A DNA stretch of 60,304 bases, counting the filler, from Sphacelaria rigidula (lineage: Eukaryota), in NCBI GenBank assembly GCA_964200075.2. It is 9 parts of 9 records of this genome, joined end to end, with 100 filler letters (N's around TTAATTAATTAA, not from the genome) between each part and the next. Parts side by side here need not be neighbours in the genome. Positions count along the whole stretch, not along the records: positions 33,561 to 40,171 come from CAXNAA020019070.1; positions 40,272 to 46,882 come from CAXNAA020019071.1; positions 46,983 to 53,593 come from CAXNAA020019072.1; 6 more parts are not named here. One strand, written 5' to 3'. Both the position numbers and the translations under genes were made by a program. Below are positions 36,307 through 48,329 of this stretch, one piece after another; position 1 is the first letter of the stretch, and each line of letters opens with the position of its first letter. The notes under the pieces were generated by a model. The model searched no databases, was not told where the DNA came from, and saw only the letters and a program-made list of their open reading frames with translations.

Positions 36307-38585
36307 CCCCCTCCCCTCGCCTATGTGTTTCTATTTCAAACTTGAGTTCATGCGTGTATGTAATGTGACTCCTTTCGTCGTGTTTTTTTGCGCCAGGTGA
36401 CCGCGGGTCTAAGTGAAAAGCAAAAAGGATTTGGTAACGTAACGAAAAGAGGTATGGGGTTCTTGGCAAAATAGCGGTTCAGCCACCGGAGAGTTTAAGT
36501 TCACCGTAAACAGGAAACACTCTAGAAAAAGGGAACGACGTTTTTGTATGGGAACAAAGATCGAAATCGTAAATTATATTGGGTGATGGCACCGTGAGAG
36601 GTACACTTGGGAAGATTTACCCCGCCCTGAAGGTGGAATAGCTAAGTTTAGAGGGACGCGAGATATTCACCTCCGCATGTGCTGTATACGCCCCAGCATC
36701 TGCTTGCGCGTTGTTGCGAGGTAGGCCGAACACGACCCGACATCACGGGACCGGGACGGGCACAAAACTGAGTATTTGAGGGACCAAAAGCAGGCCATGG
36801 TGCGCCTCGCCCGTAATAAGTACACGGGACGGTGAAACGTAGATATCTAGGATGGGCCGTTAGAAAAAAACGACCCCGAAGCAGCAGCAGCGATCTAGCT
36901 CGTGGATCGATTGACGATTTTTAGATCCGACACTGTGATCACAATTGATTACGACGTCTTTGTTCTAGTGAAACACCAACACAAGTACTCGGCTGGCTAC
37001 CCACACTGCAGCAGCAGTATAGTGTGGTGTGCACAGCACAAACATCAAGTGTACGCTGTTGCGATCTCAGACAACATTGTCTGTATCGGGGTGGGCGATC
37101 TGGTGTCCTCATATATTTTTAAGGTAACCGCTGCGCCCACATGTTTTTTTTGGTAAATCCTACAGTCAGGGAGGAGGGTAGAGGGTTCCAATCTCGACAA
37201 AAAAAAATATCGTGGAATCTGATTCCCATCGTGGCAACGTGAGTGCATGAGTAGCAGACGGAATCAGCGAGAGTCAACACGCTGTGGCAGTACTGGTCAT
37301 GATCCAATCCGCGATACCAACCTGTCAAGTATGTATCGGGGAAGAGGTGGTTTCACCAGTTGGGACTACGAAATCGCCCGGAGGGAGGGGAGGGGTTGAT
37401 AATTCTTGAAGAAAAAAAAAGAAGTAATTTCTTGTACGCAGGGACGTGGCGTTTTTTGCGGTCGGTTTTTTTAATATTCAATCGGCTCACACTACATTTC
37501 ACTTCGTGTGTTTTTATGTCGCTGTGCCGTAGCTTACTTCTTGACAGCCCACATCTTCTCACACAAGAGACCATTAGAGTGAGCTCCCTTGCATGACGTA
37601 CCGATATGTTTGCTGGAGCACGGTATCAAGTCTCGGGAGCATGGAGCGGACCACGACCACCATACTGGACAAGACATGTGAAATCCGTCACCAGTCACCA
37701 GGGGTAGCAGCAAGAGGGCCACAGTCCACTCCATCTCGCCAAGACTTGATATGGTACTCCAGTAAGTGCATCGGTACGTCACCCAAGAGAGCTTCCTTTA
37801 ATCATCGCTGTGTGGGGGAGGTGTTTGCTGTGAGGATGTAGGTTACGGCACAGCGGCATGAAAACGCAAAAAAAAAAAAGATGGATAATCTGCATCCTTC
37901 CGATAAAAGGCAGGAATTTTCTTCTGCTCCAACACATTGATTTCAAAATGCATACATTAAATACATGCAATTCATCATAGTTCTACGCTGAGCATACCAA
38001 GATCCGGGGTGGCCGCAGTATTTTAGCTTCACCGTTGTGAGTACCATAGTCGTCCGGCTTCGTATTTCACTGGACCGCGGTCGCATACCGTGTTTTAGAA
38101 CAAAGCCAAGGTAGCTACTTGTCACCCCGTACCGTACCGGACTTCACAAAAATCACACACCGTGAGCCGCAGTGATACCGCAAACATTGACTGTACCGTG
38201 TGATCATTTTCGCAACAAGCCACCGACAAAAGCCGAGGACAGCCGTAATTTTCCTCGGCTCCTTGAAAATTCTAGGCCTGTAATGCTGACAGCAAGAACT
38301 AGTGACGTTCCCCCGGATGTGCTCAACGACTGGACTAGTGCATACGTGCACCAATAGATGGGAGATCAGATGTCACCACGCCCGAACAGTGCCGACGAGC
38401 TTTGCTACATCAACAGCGTCTGGAAGAAACCGTGTAGTTTTGACATCAAAAAAATCTGGACAAGTACCAAGTAGCCCTCTTGCCGCGCGCTAACGCTTTA
38501 GCTGTCGCTATCGCTTCACGAGACGTTCATCGGTATAGATCCTCAAAAGCTGGCTCTCAATCGAAGCGCTTCGTTCCCTCCTTAC

Positions 38586-38777
38586 CCACGCGACGCATCC
38601 GGATGGCTCCGGAAAAGTTGTCGAAAGTTCCGCAGTTACCATTGCCTCCGGGATGGACCACACCATCGGCAGCAAAAGGAAACCCAGGAGAGCCAGTAGC
38701 GGCCCGCCGGCGGCGACTACAGGCTCGACGCCGAAGGGACCTCCACTCACGCCATAGAAGATGAGTAGCACCAGTGG
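38586..38777 (-). CDS. PUT/LAT-like transporter, exon a (TM1-TM2)
   Basis: gcag|...TGG|gtaagg, phase 0-0. [18 protein letters not shown]...[18 protein letters not shown] is the hallmark of plant PUT/RMV1-type transporters. Confidence 0.93.
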
Positions 38778-39741
38778 CTGCAGCATGGACATGAACGTGG
38801 TTTCGTGAGGGAATCACGTGTAAGTTTAGCGACAGAGAAACGTAATCCGGGGCATTTTACCGTGCTTCGGGAGCAGCTTCGCTTGGCGCTGTTTCTCCGA
38901 TGAATCATTTTGGAAGGACAGGCTTGGCCGGCCCTACAGTTAGGGCGTGTTTTAGCACCTTTTTTTTAATCGAAATAGTGCGGTCGATTTTTTTTGCTTA
39001 TCTGATAAGTCCACCGCATTCTTGTTCCTAGGAGACTTCAACTCAAAATTAAAATTAGTGGCGCGCGGACAAAACTATTTGGCACAAAAAGTACTCATTT
39101 TCGATTGAAAACATGCGGTCGAAAGGCACGAAGCGGCACTTGATTCCTATCTTACAGACCACCACGCGAGATAATACCTGTTCACAGGACCACGCAAACT
39201 CCATCCAACTCATTCTCAGCTACCATCGCAACCCTGCAGCATGAAGCCCGAGTTAAGCCCAGGGATAGACACACTGCAGTAGTTGAGTATGCTTTGTTTA
39301 TTTTTCGTTGGTGAAAACTTGCGCATCTTCTTTCATGGTAGGGATCAGCGACGGAACTACGTGGTATGATGGGCAACCGAGTTGCGTGCACGCTCATGGA
39401 CAGTGCAGGCAGTACAAAGCTGCACTTTGCTCAAGTCCTTTTCACGTCGAATTGTAAGCAGAGAGAACTGATAGTCCTCTGCACTGCACGTTGCCCGCCT
39501 CTCTTTTATATTTTCCTGCACGAAACACGCACACACGCACTCAAGACACTGCTTGCAAGCAGTGCAGACAATATAGACTGTCTGTACCGTACACGAGTGA
39601 TCATGTACCGTTTCACGAATTTCGCTCAAATTAATTACACCACCCTCATTTTTTCGATCGAAACACGAAGTGCTGAGGCTACTTCTTATGTATTAAAAAA
39701 CAGTGTCAGAAAACGCGTTTTCCGATAAGAATTTTTCTGAT

Positions 39742-39812
39742 TACATTTTCCGACAGCCGAAAGTTATAAAAAAATCACGATTTTCTGATAACCTTGGGCT
39801 ATCGGAAAATGT
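39742..39812. repeat. Short inverted repeat (hairpin)
   Basis: acattttccgacagccgaaagttat / ataaccttgggctatcggaaaatgt. Confidence 0.65.
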
Positions 39813-40171
39813 TATTGAAAAAGCGTTTGAACACACCCTACAGTCCATGACAGCACCTGTGATGGCTTGGCTGCCATCACTGCTACTGCTGTCGCTGGTG
39901 CTCACGGGCATTCAGCGTGTTGCATCATTGTCCTTCCTTCGCTCGCCAGTAGCGTAGTGGCCCTTTACCCCATGAGAACAGCACACGGGAGGGTCGATGA
40001 CGAGTGCTGTACAGACAGGACAGTCTATACGTAATTCGTACAATATTATAGCCCAGTTCAGGACTATGTAGGCAGTGTGATGCGAACAGCCGTCGCAATG
40101 CTTTACAGACTGCCCACGCACCCGAGCCTTGTAGAGACAGGACCGGACTGACAGTACACACAGCACTATAA

Positions 40172-40271
40172 NNNNNNNNNNNNNNNNNNNNNNNNNNNNN
40201 NNNNNNNNNNNNNNNTTAATTAATTAANNNNNNNNNNNNNNNNNNNNNNNNNNNNNNNNNNNNNNNNNNNN
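40172..40271. other. Artificial contig spacer
   Basis: N44-TTAATTAATTAA-N44. Confidence 0.98.
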
Positions 40272-40351
40272 CTAGACTACTGACAAGTCAGCGCTGACTT
40301 GGTCAGTAGTCTAGTTGGTTGTCCACTAAACCGTCACAGCACGAATAGAAT

Positions 40352-40641
40352 GCTAGGTGGATGCTTACACCTTGGAATGACTTGCTCTACTCGATAAGAT
40401 CGTTCCAGGGCACCTTTGCGTTTCCGGTGGCCGCAGTACTTTTGTTATTCCAAAAATTACATATTTCAAGAACAAACGGCCAAGTTATTGAAAAAAAGGG
40501 CAGTTTCCCGCAGTGCCACTTTATTTTTGGAAGTGCGAGTCTGGCCGAAAAATCTCTGCGATCATCGGAAAACGCAAAGGTGCCTTGGAACGGTCTCACC
40601 GAGCAGAGCAAGTCATTCCAAGGTGTTAACATCCGCCTAGC
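40352..40641. mobile_element. MITE-like foldback with ~85-bp imperfect arms
   Basis: gctaggtggatgcttacaccttggaatgacttgctct... is mirrored by ...agagcaagtcattccaaggtgttaacatccgcctagc. Confidence 0.75.
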
Positions 40642-40845
40642 CCTCTTGTCGGGCGTAAAACGATTGAGAAGTGCCAAAAAGGGAGTTCTCAACGAGATTT
40701 TTCTTTCAACATCAGAAGGGCCCTAACTCCATAACATAATCTCGTTGCTGGCGTGAATTTTTTTCAACTTGTGCGCAGAAGGTCCTTGTAAAATTTCGGC
40801 TCAAAACTCATGAAATTGGGCGGGGCGTTTCACGTTTCGTATGAC

Positions 40846-40930
40846 ACCGCCGCGCCCCGGTGGTCTAAGTGGTACAGCATAATCCAGCTACGAAGGTCAC
40901 GAGTTTGAATCCCGACATATACCTTTTTCT
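40846..40930 (+). mobile_element. Degenerate tRNA-like SINE head
   Basis: tggtctaagtgg A-box and agtttgaatcc B-box-like; its 5' end resembles that at 17929. Confidence 0.45.
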
Positions 40931-41371
40931 TGCGGAATCTGATTCCGTTGTTGAGGTCATATACTATACAGTACACATTTTCCCAATTTTTGATGCGGAA
41001 GAGCGCGCATCAGCAGATTGGTCTGCACTTTACACCGATATACCTGCATGAGGTTAATTCGGGACACTGAAGAAGGAAGGTATCGCGTGCTAGAGAAATG
41101 TGAGTTTTCTGGCTGGCCCACCTTGTCGTGTACCGACGGTGTCTCGACTGTTTCTGGGCAGCCCCGGTCACAAGCTGTGGAACGGGGTGCACGCACGGTA
41201 TGACCGATAACACGGAAATGATTGGATGCATAATGCACAATAATATGGTCGAATATTGTACCTCGTTGGTGAGACCCACGGGACTTACTTCTCCTTGATT
41301 TCTTCGCAGGCGCGCACATCACGCTATTTTGTGTAAACGAACGCTCCCCCGACGTGTTTGAACATGTTAAG

Positions 41372-42003
41372 GGTCTTCCACAAGCGCAGTTGACGGAAAG
41401 GACTCTGCTGAAGCGGAAGGGATAGACCGTGAGAGAGACCTGTTCATTGACAGTAACTCTTGTCCGGTCGTGGATCCCCAAGCGGGAGAAGTTTCGGAAA
41501 AGGTCACAACCGTACACAAGACGGTAGAGGTCAAGAAAGAAGCCATCACCCTGAAACACGGGTGGGTATCTAGCCTGAATTCCTGGGATGCGAAGAGCCC
41601 GAGAGGCGATGCACGTCTCCGGCAGTCACCAGGAGAAAAGTCGCCAGACAAAGACCGCCAGGTTGATGACGCATCCTCTCCAGCGAAATTGAATCCACCA
41701 CTATCGCTCGCAGCATGGCAATCGTCGTCTCCTCGAACTTCGCCTAACAGCCCGCAGCCGACCACAGCAGAGGATCCGCGGGCAAATGCCTATCCAATTT
41801 CTATCCGGGTGTCGGATATCTGTGAAGGAGCTTCACCGTGTAGCACGCCAGCAGCGATGACTCCTAGATCGCACTCGCCACCTCGGAGTACCGTCACGTT
41901 TCCGCTCCCAGCCTTCGCACCGGGCGGTTGTGCAAGCGGAGGGATGGCCGACGGATCAACGCATCGTCTACTGCTACAAGCGTTTGAGGAGCAGTCGAAG
42001 GAG
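41372..42003 (+). CDS. Probable exon of an S/P-rich disordered protein of unknown function
   Basis: About 210 open codons ending GAG|gtatat; the acceptor is uncertain. Confidence 0.5.
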
Positions 42004-42631
42004 GTATATCCAAACGAAATTGACTGGAGAGATGGTTTGTTCACACTTGGTGTTCCCGTCTCTCTCCATTTATAGGAATAACAGTATGATACACTCATGG
42101 CCCTACATAACAACGTACTCTAACCCCCAGTGTTTGTTGTATATCAGATGTTACAGACTGTACCGATCACCCAATGTGTGTGGTATTCATTCTCTGTGGT
42201 CGAACACTGGGTTTTTTCGGTGTAAGTCTGGGGAGATTACACGAACAACGTTTGATTGGGAAGCTGCCCGTGGCGGGGATTACTGCGCATGCTCTGGTCC
42301 TGGCAAGACGGTGTCAAAACGACGATATCGATGCAGGGCCACAGATCGGGTGGTGTACTTCGTAGGACGCGTTGACAGCCGTAGATTCGCTGGAAGAACG
42401 ACAACGTGATATTCCGCTCATCGTTGTAGATAAGATTGTCGGTGGCGACAATCGGTGCCGCGATTTACAGCGGCTGTTTTCTGTTCCATGCCCTTCTAGG
42501 AAGAGACTGCGGCAAAATTAGCTTGTGTGTCAGTAGTACTTAAAAGGTTTTGTGCAGCACTAGCACCGGAACGCAATGATAGGTACACTCGTTTGGGACA
42601 GGTTTTCTCCATAATCTCTATCCCCCCCCCC

Positions 42632-42672
42632 TCAATGGTCATATGACTATGGCATGCATAATCATGAGTACA
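42632..42672 (+). mobile_element. 41-bp extreme 3' end of family A between two C10 runs
   Basis: C10-tcaatggtcatatgactatggcatgcataatcatgagtaca-C10. Confidence 0.75.
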
Positions 42673-43604
42673 CCCCCCCCCCTGGTCGAAACGAATTTGT
42701 ACGAAATTTGTAGAATCAATCCCGAATATCATCCAGGTCCAATAGTGTGTGAAGTGCTAAACGCTGTTGTAATGCTGCACTCGCAACGTCCTGCCGCTTA
42801 ATCGTGCAGATGGCGCTTCTAAAGGAATCTGTGCGGAAACTTTCGCGAGCGCAGCGTCACCAAGACGAAGCTATGAAACAGATTTCTATGAGGCTCTCGC
42901 TTATTGAAGCCACCGACGCCCTACCAAGTTGAATAGTCTTTTTGAATTTCGTGTTAAATCCATTCCGAGAGCTGTGGATATTTGAGCGACTTCACGTATT
43001 TGACTAGAATCACGTGTGTGCTTCTTTCGTGCAAAAGCAGTATAGAGGGGTGAACGATGGGGGGCAGCTCCAATTCCAAGGTGGTCAATCGCTATCGTCA
43101 CTGCTGTTGCTGTTGTTGTGGTGGGGGTTATCATCGTTGCTTTTGTTGATGTTGATGCTTACCAGACGGATGGCCCGTTACCGGGGACAGATATACCACA
43201 TTGCTTCAATGTATCGGGACGAATGGCGAACCCTTCGGTGATGGCGAAATACAGAAGGGGGCAGCAGTTTTTTCCGAGTCGATCATGGACTACGAGATGT
43301 CAAATTTGCGTGATTGACAGTGTATTGCGGCAGTGGACGCCCAAGCCACGCCAAGGTGAAGCATAGCGTAAAGCACCGCGGTTGCGAGCACCCGAGCAGA
43401 GGCGCGACAATGTGACACAACCTGTAAGAGCGTAACAGCAGATGAAGCTTGCGTTTATGACAAATTCACCTGAAAGTGAATTGAGTGCTTGGAGTTTAAC
43501 TTTTCGTCGATAGTGCGAGATGAACAACGTGAGATGGTGCCCCTATTAGTCTTTCAACGCAAATCACCCACTCAACCTCTCCATGTTCGGCGCCTGAGCG
43601 AATT

Positions 43605-44270
43605 CTACGACCGCCTAACCTCCACGTTCCGGCGTGCAACCGACTTTTTCTCAAGTGGTGGCGGGTGGCACACTTCCGTCTTGAGGAAAGACATCGGCCG
43701 AAAAGGATCGTGATTGGCAATATTTACTGAAGCGGGTCCAGGGCTGTCCGATCCAAAATTTCCCGATATTTTCCCGTTCCTGAAGTGCGTGAAGGTAGGC
43801 CATCGACGGAGTACTTGCGCGGCCTTTGGCATAGCCCTTGATGTAGTCTGTGATGTGGTTTTTGGCTTTTGCGCGGGAATCCACTCCATACGCCAATTCC
43901 TGACATGTTTCATCGTTTTTCCTCGGTCCGTGTGATCACAATCCAAAGCGTTCGGTGCGGCAAACACCGGAGCACCCCGAGAAGATATGCAGGATACACT
44001 CGCGAGATGATCGGCAGGGCCAGGGGACTCGGTGCCCAATCTCGTCGGAAAACAAGCGGTCGAACGATCCTGGGGTCTTTCGGGAAGGCGCATGACATGG
44101 ACGCCGGTCGACCCCGCCCTCGCCTTTCCAAGGTGTTTCTCGGCAGCACCCCTTTCTTCTATTCCGATGAAACCAGTACCAGGATCCAGGCGTCTGCCAT
44201 ACCGCGTCGGCAGAGGCGTGCGAAAACGCACGAAGAGCATGAGATCATTCCAAGATTGCTCCCAGGTAAC
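43605..44270 (-). CDS. SH3b-like/PGP-repeat protein, exon 4 (two SPGP motifs)
   Basis: cccag| acceptor, phase 0; ESPGPAD and DSPGPAS. It ends either at the stop at 43605 or at a donor near 43621. Confidence 0.65.
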   Translation of the reverse strand, partial: VTWEQSWNDLMLFVRFRTPLPTRYGRRLDPGTGFIGIEERGAAEKHLGKARAGSTGVHVMRLPERPQDRSTACFPTRLGTESPGPADHLASVSCISSRGAPVFAAPNALDCDHTDRGKTMKHVRNWRMEWIPAQKPKTTSQTTSRAMPKAAQVLRRWPTFTHFRNGKISGNFGSDSPGPASVNIANHDPFRPMSFLKTEVCHPPPLEKKSVARRNVEVRRS

Positions 44271-44590
44271 CTGGGAGGGAATCAAAATATATTTCAAGCA
44301 AATTACGAGGTCGTAACATCTTCCTGAGGCCTGCGCGATGAGTGGAAGAGACGACTTTAGCTGCAATAAATCTGAAATTCATACTCCCGTGTTCCATGGC
44401 ACCCCGATCATCGATCTGAGATTTTGCCCAGCGTGACGTGCGTGCGAGCCACTATCCGCATCAAATATCTCAGATGTTTGTAACGCATATAAATGGCACG
44501 GATTTCCTTCGTCGACACGCCCTGTCAGATCTCATCTCAACCCTTTCAAACTAGTCCCACGTCGTGAACGTATGCCTCGACTGACCTGAC

Positions 44591-44924
44591 CCTGAATCTG
44601 CTTTCGTTGGATGTTGATACTCTCCGGGTGGGCGCTAGTTTTTCGTTGGAAAAACGCCCCCTTTTGCCGCACCCAGCAGGAGCCGACGACGGAAGCTGAA
44701 GTAGTGGTATCTTGCCGATCCCCACGTAGCGCGCAGGACCTGGGGAAAAAAGCCCCAAGGCTTGTCGCTCGTGATCCCGCGTGATGAATCGGGTTGTGGT
44801 GCAGAGGAACCGCTTTTCTTTGTTGAAAGCAACGGCACCCCTATTCTCTGTTTGTCCAGGCGTTCTGGGGGAGTATTGAGGCGGTCCCGGGGTATCATCC
44901 ATAGCCACCAGCCAACTGCCTCCA
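44591..44924 (-). CDS. SH3b-like/PGP-repeat protein, exon 3 (TPGPPQY, SPGPARY)
   Basis: ttttcag|T GGA..., phase 2-0. The motifs match SHIPPO/STPG sperm-tail PG-rich repeats ([ST]PGPxxY). Confidence 0.65.
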
Positions 44925-45122
44925 CTGAAAAAGAAGCAGGGGGGCAAGCATGGATATGCTGTTGAGGAATCAGTTGATGAGTCTGGCTAGCACGGGGAAA
45001 TGCGGCAATGTTTGCGCGAAATCGCTCTCGCTGTCGTACCGGAATGTGCAACTTTTGTTTTGCGCCGCACATCCTCTTGAGCTATGTCGTTGACATGTCA
45101 GCATGTGCCAACTCTTCCATAC

Positions 45123-45185
45123 CCTGCCGAGCATGATGAGCCCGAGCATCTGCCGATAGGGTGGCGAACCGCCGACGCTTTGAAC
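45123..45185 (-). CDS. SH3b-like/PGP-repeat protein, exon 2
   Basis: gcag|...GG|gtatgg, 63 nt, phase 2-2, fits both neighbours. Confidence 0.5.
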
Positions 45186-45471
45186 CTGCTTTGTCGTTCA
45201 TGATGTTTGATGTACCCGTATGCTCTTACAATACCTATACCAAGACGATGACGGCGTCAAAGGTATTCACGTTGGTTGATGATGTCCGCGAGTGACACCT
45301 TGGGTCAAATTCTCTACCCGCCCCCCCTCGCCTCTCATCGAATAACTTCTGATTACATGTTTTCGATGGGCAACACACCGCCATGTGTCTCGGCATCACG
45401 TTTTGTGGCCGTTTGTAACACTCAATGTGGGACATCTCACTCCACGCGACCCAGGGGCTGCCATGAGTCAC

Positions 45472-45913
45472 CTCTTGTGCAGCCATGTTGCTCTTGGAGA
45501 AGGCTGCCTTGCTCCTCGTGAACCTTCACGCCACCTCTTGCAGCTACTATCCGCCGTCACGGCAGACGATGGCCGCACTACAGGGCTCGCTCGCACTTCT
45601 GGATACTTCATCACCACTGGACATACCTCGTTAAGCGTAGATCTCAAAAGTATCGGTTCGCGACGATCAGCATCTGAAATGCATCTCACCCATTTTTTTG
45701 TCCCACTAACCCATCCCGTGCTCGGTTGCACCACCCGAAGTCTTGTTACCCGTTGGTTGTTGAGGTTGACGAACGCTGTCTTGCTGACGCCGAACACTTC
45801 GCCTGGACCAATACGACCGCATTCCCGCGAGTCCAGTTTTGCTCCCTCGCGAACTTGAAGTCCTGTCGTATTTTCGACTCGATAGAGTCGTAATCCCTGC
45901 CGTAGCTCTGGTC
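45472..45913 (-). CDS. SH3b-like/PGP-repeat protein, exon 1 (SH3b-like domain)
   Basis: YRVENTTGLQVREGAKLDSRECGRIGPGEVF...RLRVVQPSTGWVS has the SH3b pattern (VRxGP..S..G....GWVS); donor AG|gtgact. Confidence 0.65.
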
Positions 45914-46882
45914 CTTGTTGTTGTGGAGGTTGTGGACAAGGCGTTGGCAGAGAAAAAGCGATGTCACCATCTCAAGCAACGCCTAACGAAATATCTTACC
46001 CCTATACAACACAGTAATATCAGAACTTCCGAAATGTTCTCAAAACACAAGGCATTCCAGAATTGCAGTCGCACGGAAGAAAAATGCATGCACGCTAATT
46101 CTGACGTATGTTCGTACGTGAATATACACGTCGAGCTGTAAGCGACGTTTTCTTCGAAGTAGATCTACACGGCCATCATGTAACAATGGTCTACCCAGAC
46201 ATGCTCCAACGAGAAAATGCGCCGCCCGAGTTTGAAACGAGGCCAGATACACACGAGGTCTGGCGCGGCGCACGAGACCAAAGGATGTGACATTACAGTC
46301 ACACCCTTCGGATGAGGCACGTAGTTCCAGGTGTTTGTGGTACGCCTCACGCTTTTCACATCCCCACACCTTCAATACACGGCGCTCCCCTGTGTATCTA
46401 GTTAACAATGTTCGAACCAATGCATAGGCGATTGAATTATTTGCAGTAGCGTGAAACTATGCCCCCATTGGCGTGTGAATAATGTCATCTGCACTTCGTA
46501 CCTACAAGGATGGGCATTACTGGATACCATAGCGCCGATACTACCCATAACCGTATCCTGTGCCACGCACATACTAACATGATCGTGGCCGTAGGAACGG
46601 CTTTTTTTTTCGTGGCGAGAGGTTTTTCGTCATTTACCCTAAGACGGTCGAATCGCCCGAAACGGCCACCCCCTCAGAAAGCCCGTGCGTGATCTGACGG
46701 GAATTTTGGCACATTCAGATTTGAAATCGGTGACACCTACCATGAGATACGGCCGAGAATGAGCAACTAACAGTGGATTCTCGAAAATGGGGTTGGAAAA
46801 ACAAATGAGGTTCAACTCAAAAGCCGTGCTTTCCCTGAACTAAATTCAAGACAAATGATTTTTATATGGACCACCCCATAGA

Positions 46883-46982
46883 NNNNNNNNNNNNNNNNNN
46901 NNNNNNNNNNNNNNNNNNNNNNNNNNTTAATTAATTAANNNNNNNNNNNNNNNNNNNNNNNNNNNNNNNNNNNNNNNNNNNN
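46883..46982. other. Artificial contig spacer
   Basis: N44-TTAATTAATTAA-N44. Confidence 0.98.
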
Positions 46983-47029
46983 TTTTTTTGTGGTTTTTTC
47001 TTGTGTTCGTGCGGCGGCTCCACCCGGCG

Positions 47030-47072
<43 letters not shown>

Positions 47073-47181
47073 AGCAACGGGTGCATTAGTAGACAACGGG
47101 GCGGGACGCCGTGTAGTACGAAGGGATAGGGGGATTCATTGGCTTGAGCCTAAGATTGCAGGGTTGGACGAATAATTCCAT

Positions 47182-47582
47182 GCTTTACACGTGACACGTG
47201 ACACTTTCACGCGACATATTTAAAACAACGTGACTCCGGGTCATTTAAGCTACGTAAGGTTCGATTTTTTGGACGGGACGAATGTAACGTAACGCGATGT
47301 AACGTGTGGTCCTGCGAATGAAGCCTCACGTAGAGTTTTGCTTTCCAGCTGTGACCAAGACTCTGCTTATTTTCGTGAACTTGTAACGTGACACGTGACC
47401 CGTTACAACCAGAACGAAAGCAGGCTTTTTTAACACGTGGAAAATTTCAAGCGACACTGCTTCAAGGACCACACGTCACGTCACGTTACGTTACACTTCT
47501 CCCGTCCAATCAAATCTGACGTAGCGTTAAATAATCCGAAGTCATGTTTTTTCAAAGGTGTCACGTGTGTCACGTGTAGAGC
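47182..47582. mobile_element. MITE-like foldback with long imperfect arms rich in CACGTG/ACGT
   Basis: gctttacacgtgacacgtgaca...gtgtggtcc is mirrored by ggaccacacg...tgtcacgtgtagagc. Confidence 0.7.
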
Positions 47583-48329
47583 TACAGGCTGGTTCACGCT
47601 CATCACCCAAAATTATGTCACCAGCAAATGCCTTTCGCAATACCTACCCAATAGTCGCACACATGGTATCATACTGACCGCCATGGACAGCTGAAGAGCG
47701 TGACGTAGTCGGACATGTGTGTGTAAGGCCATAGTGGTAGAGCTAAGGGCAAAAAGGTATATCGACCAATCAGCACCCGTCAAATTGTTCCAAGATCGAA
47801 ATTGCGAATTCCAAGTCCAATTTTCACACAATCTCCACATGCTTCAAATCGTAGTAACCGTCATCGGCTCGGGAATTTAACGAAAAAAACACATTTTAAA
47901 AGGGTTACTACGGGGGTCGAATTATACCCGAAACCGTGATGTTTCGTCGATGATGTCGGGTGTTGGCGTCGTCTAATTGCCACTAATGATACGCACGAAA
48001 TACCCAGGGAGCCTTGTGACCGTGTCTCCTATATCTGATGTAGAAAAGCTGAGATCGCCCTCAAACTTGGCACTTCCGTAGGTATTGATGCTCAAAATGG
48101 GAAAATTGTATTCTTGACAACATTTCATAGCTTCTCAGTTCTCTACCGGATTTCGGGGGTCCCAGTATGAAGAGCCCCCCCCGGAAGGTGGCACATAATT
48201 CCCCCAAAAAGAATAATATAATGATGCGTTCCGGAGGTAGTCCAAGGAACCCATGTACAATGTTTGGCGGAGAAATTCGAAAAGCTCATACAGTTTTTCT
48301 TGCCTTGACGTGAAATTCACCGATAAAGC

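Noticed and set aside
39847..39957. Signal-peptide-like short ORF MTAPVMAWLPSLLLL
   Set aside because: It stops after 36 codons with no convincing donor or homology.
19727..45913. Flagellar gene cluster (CFAP299 plus PGP-repeat gene)
   Set aside because: The genes are on different contigs joined artificially.
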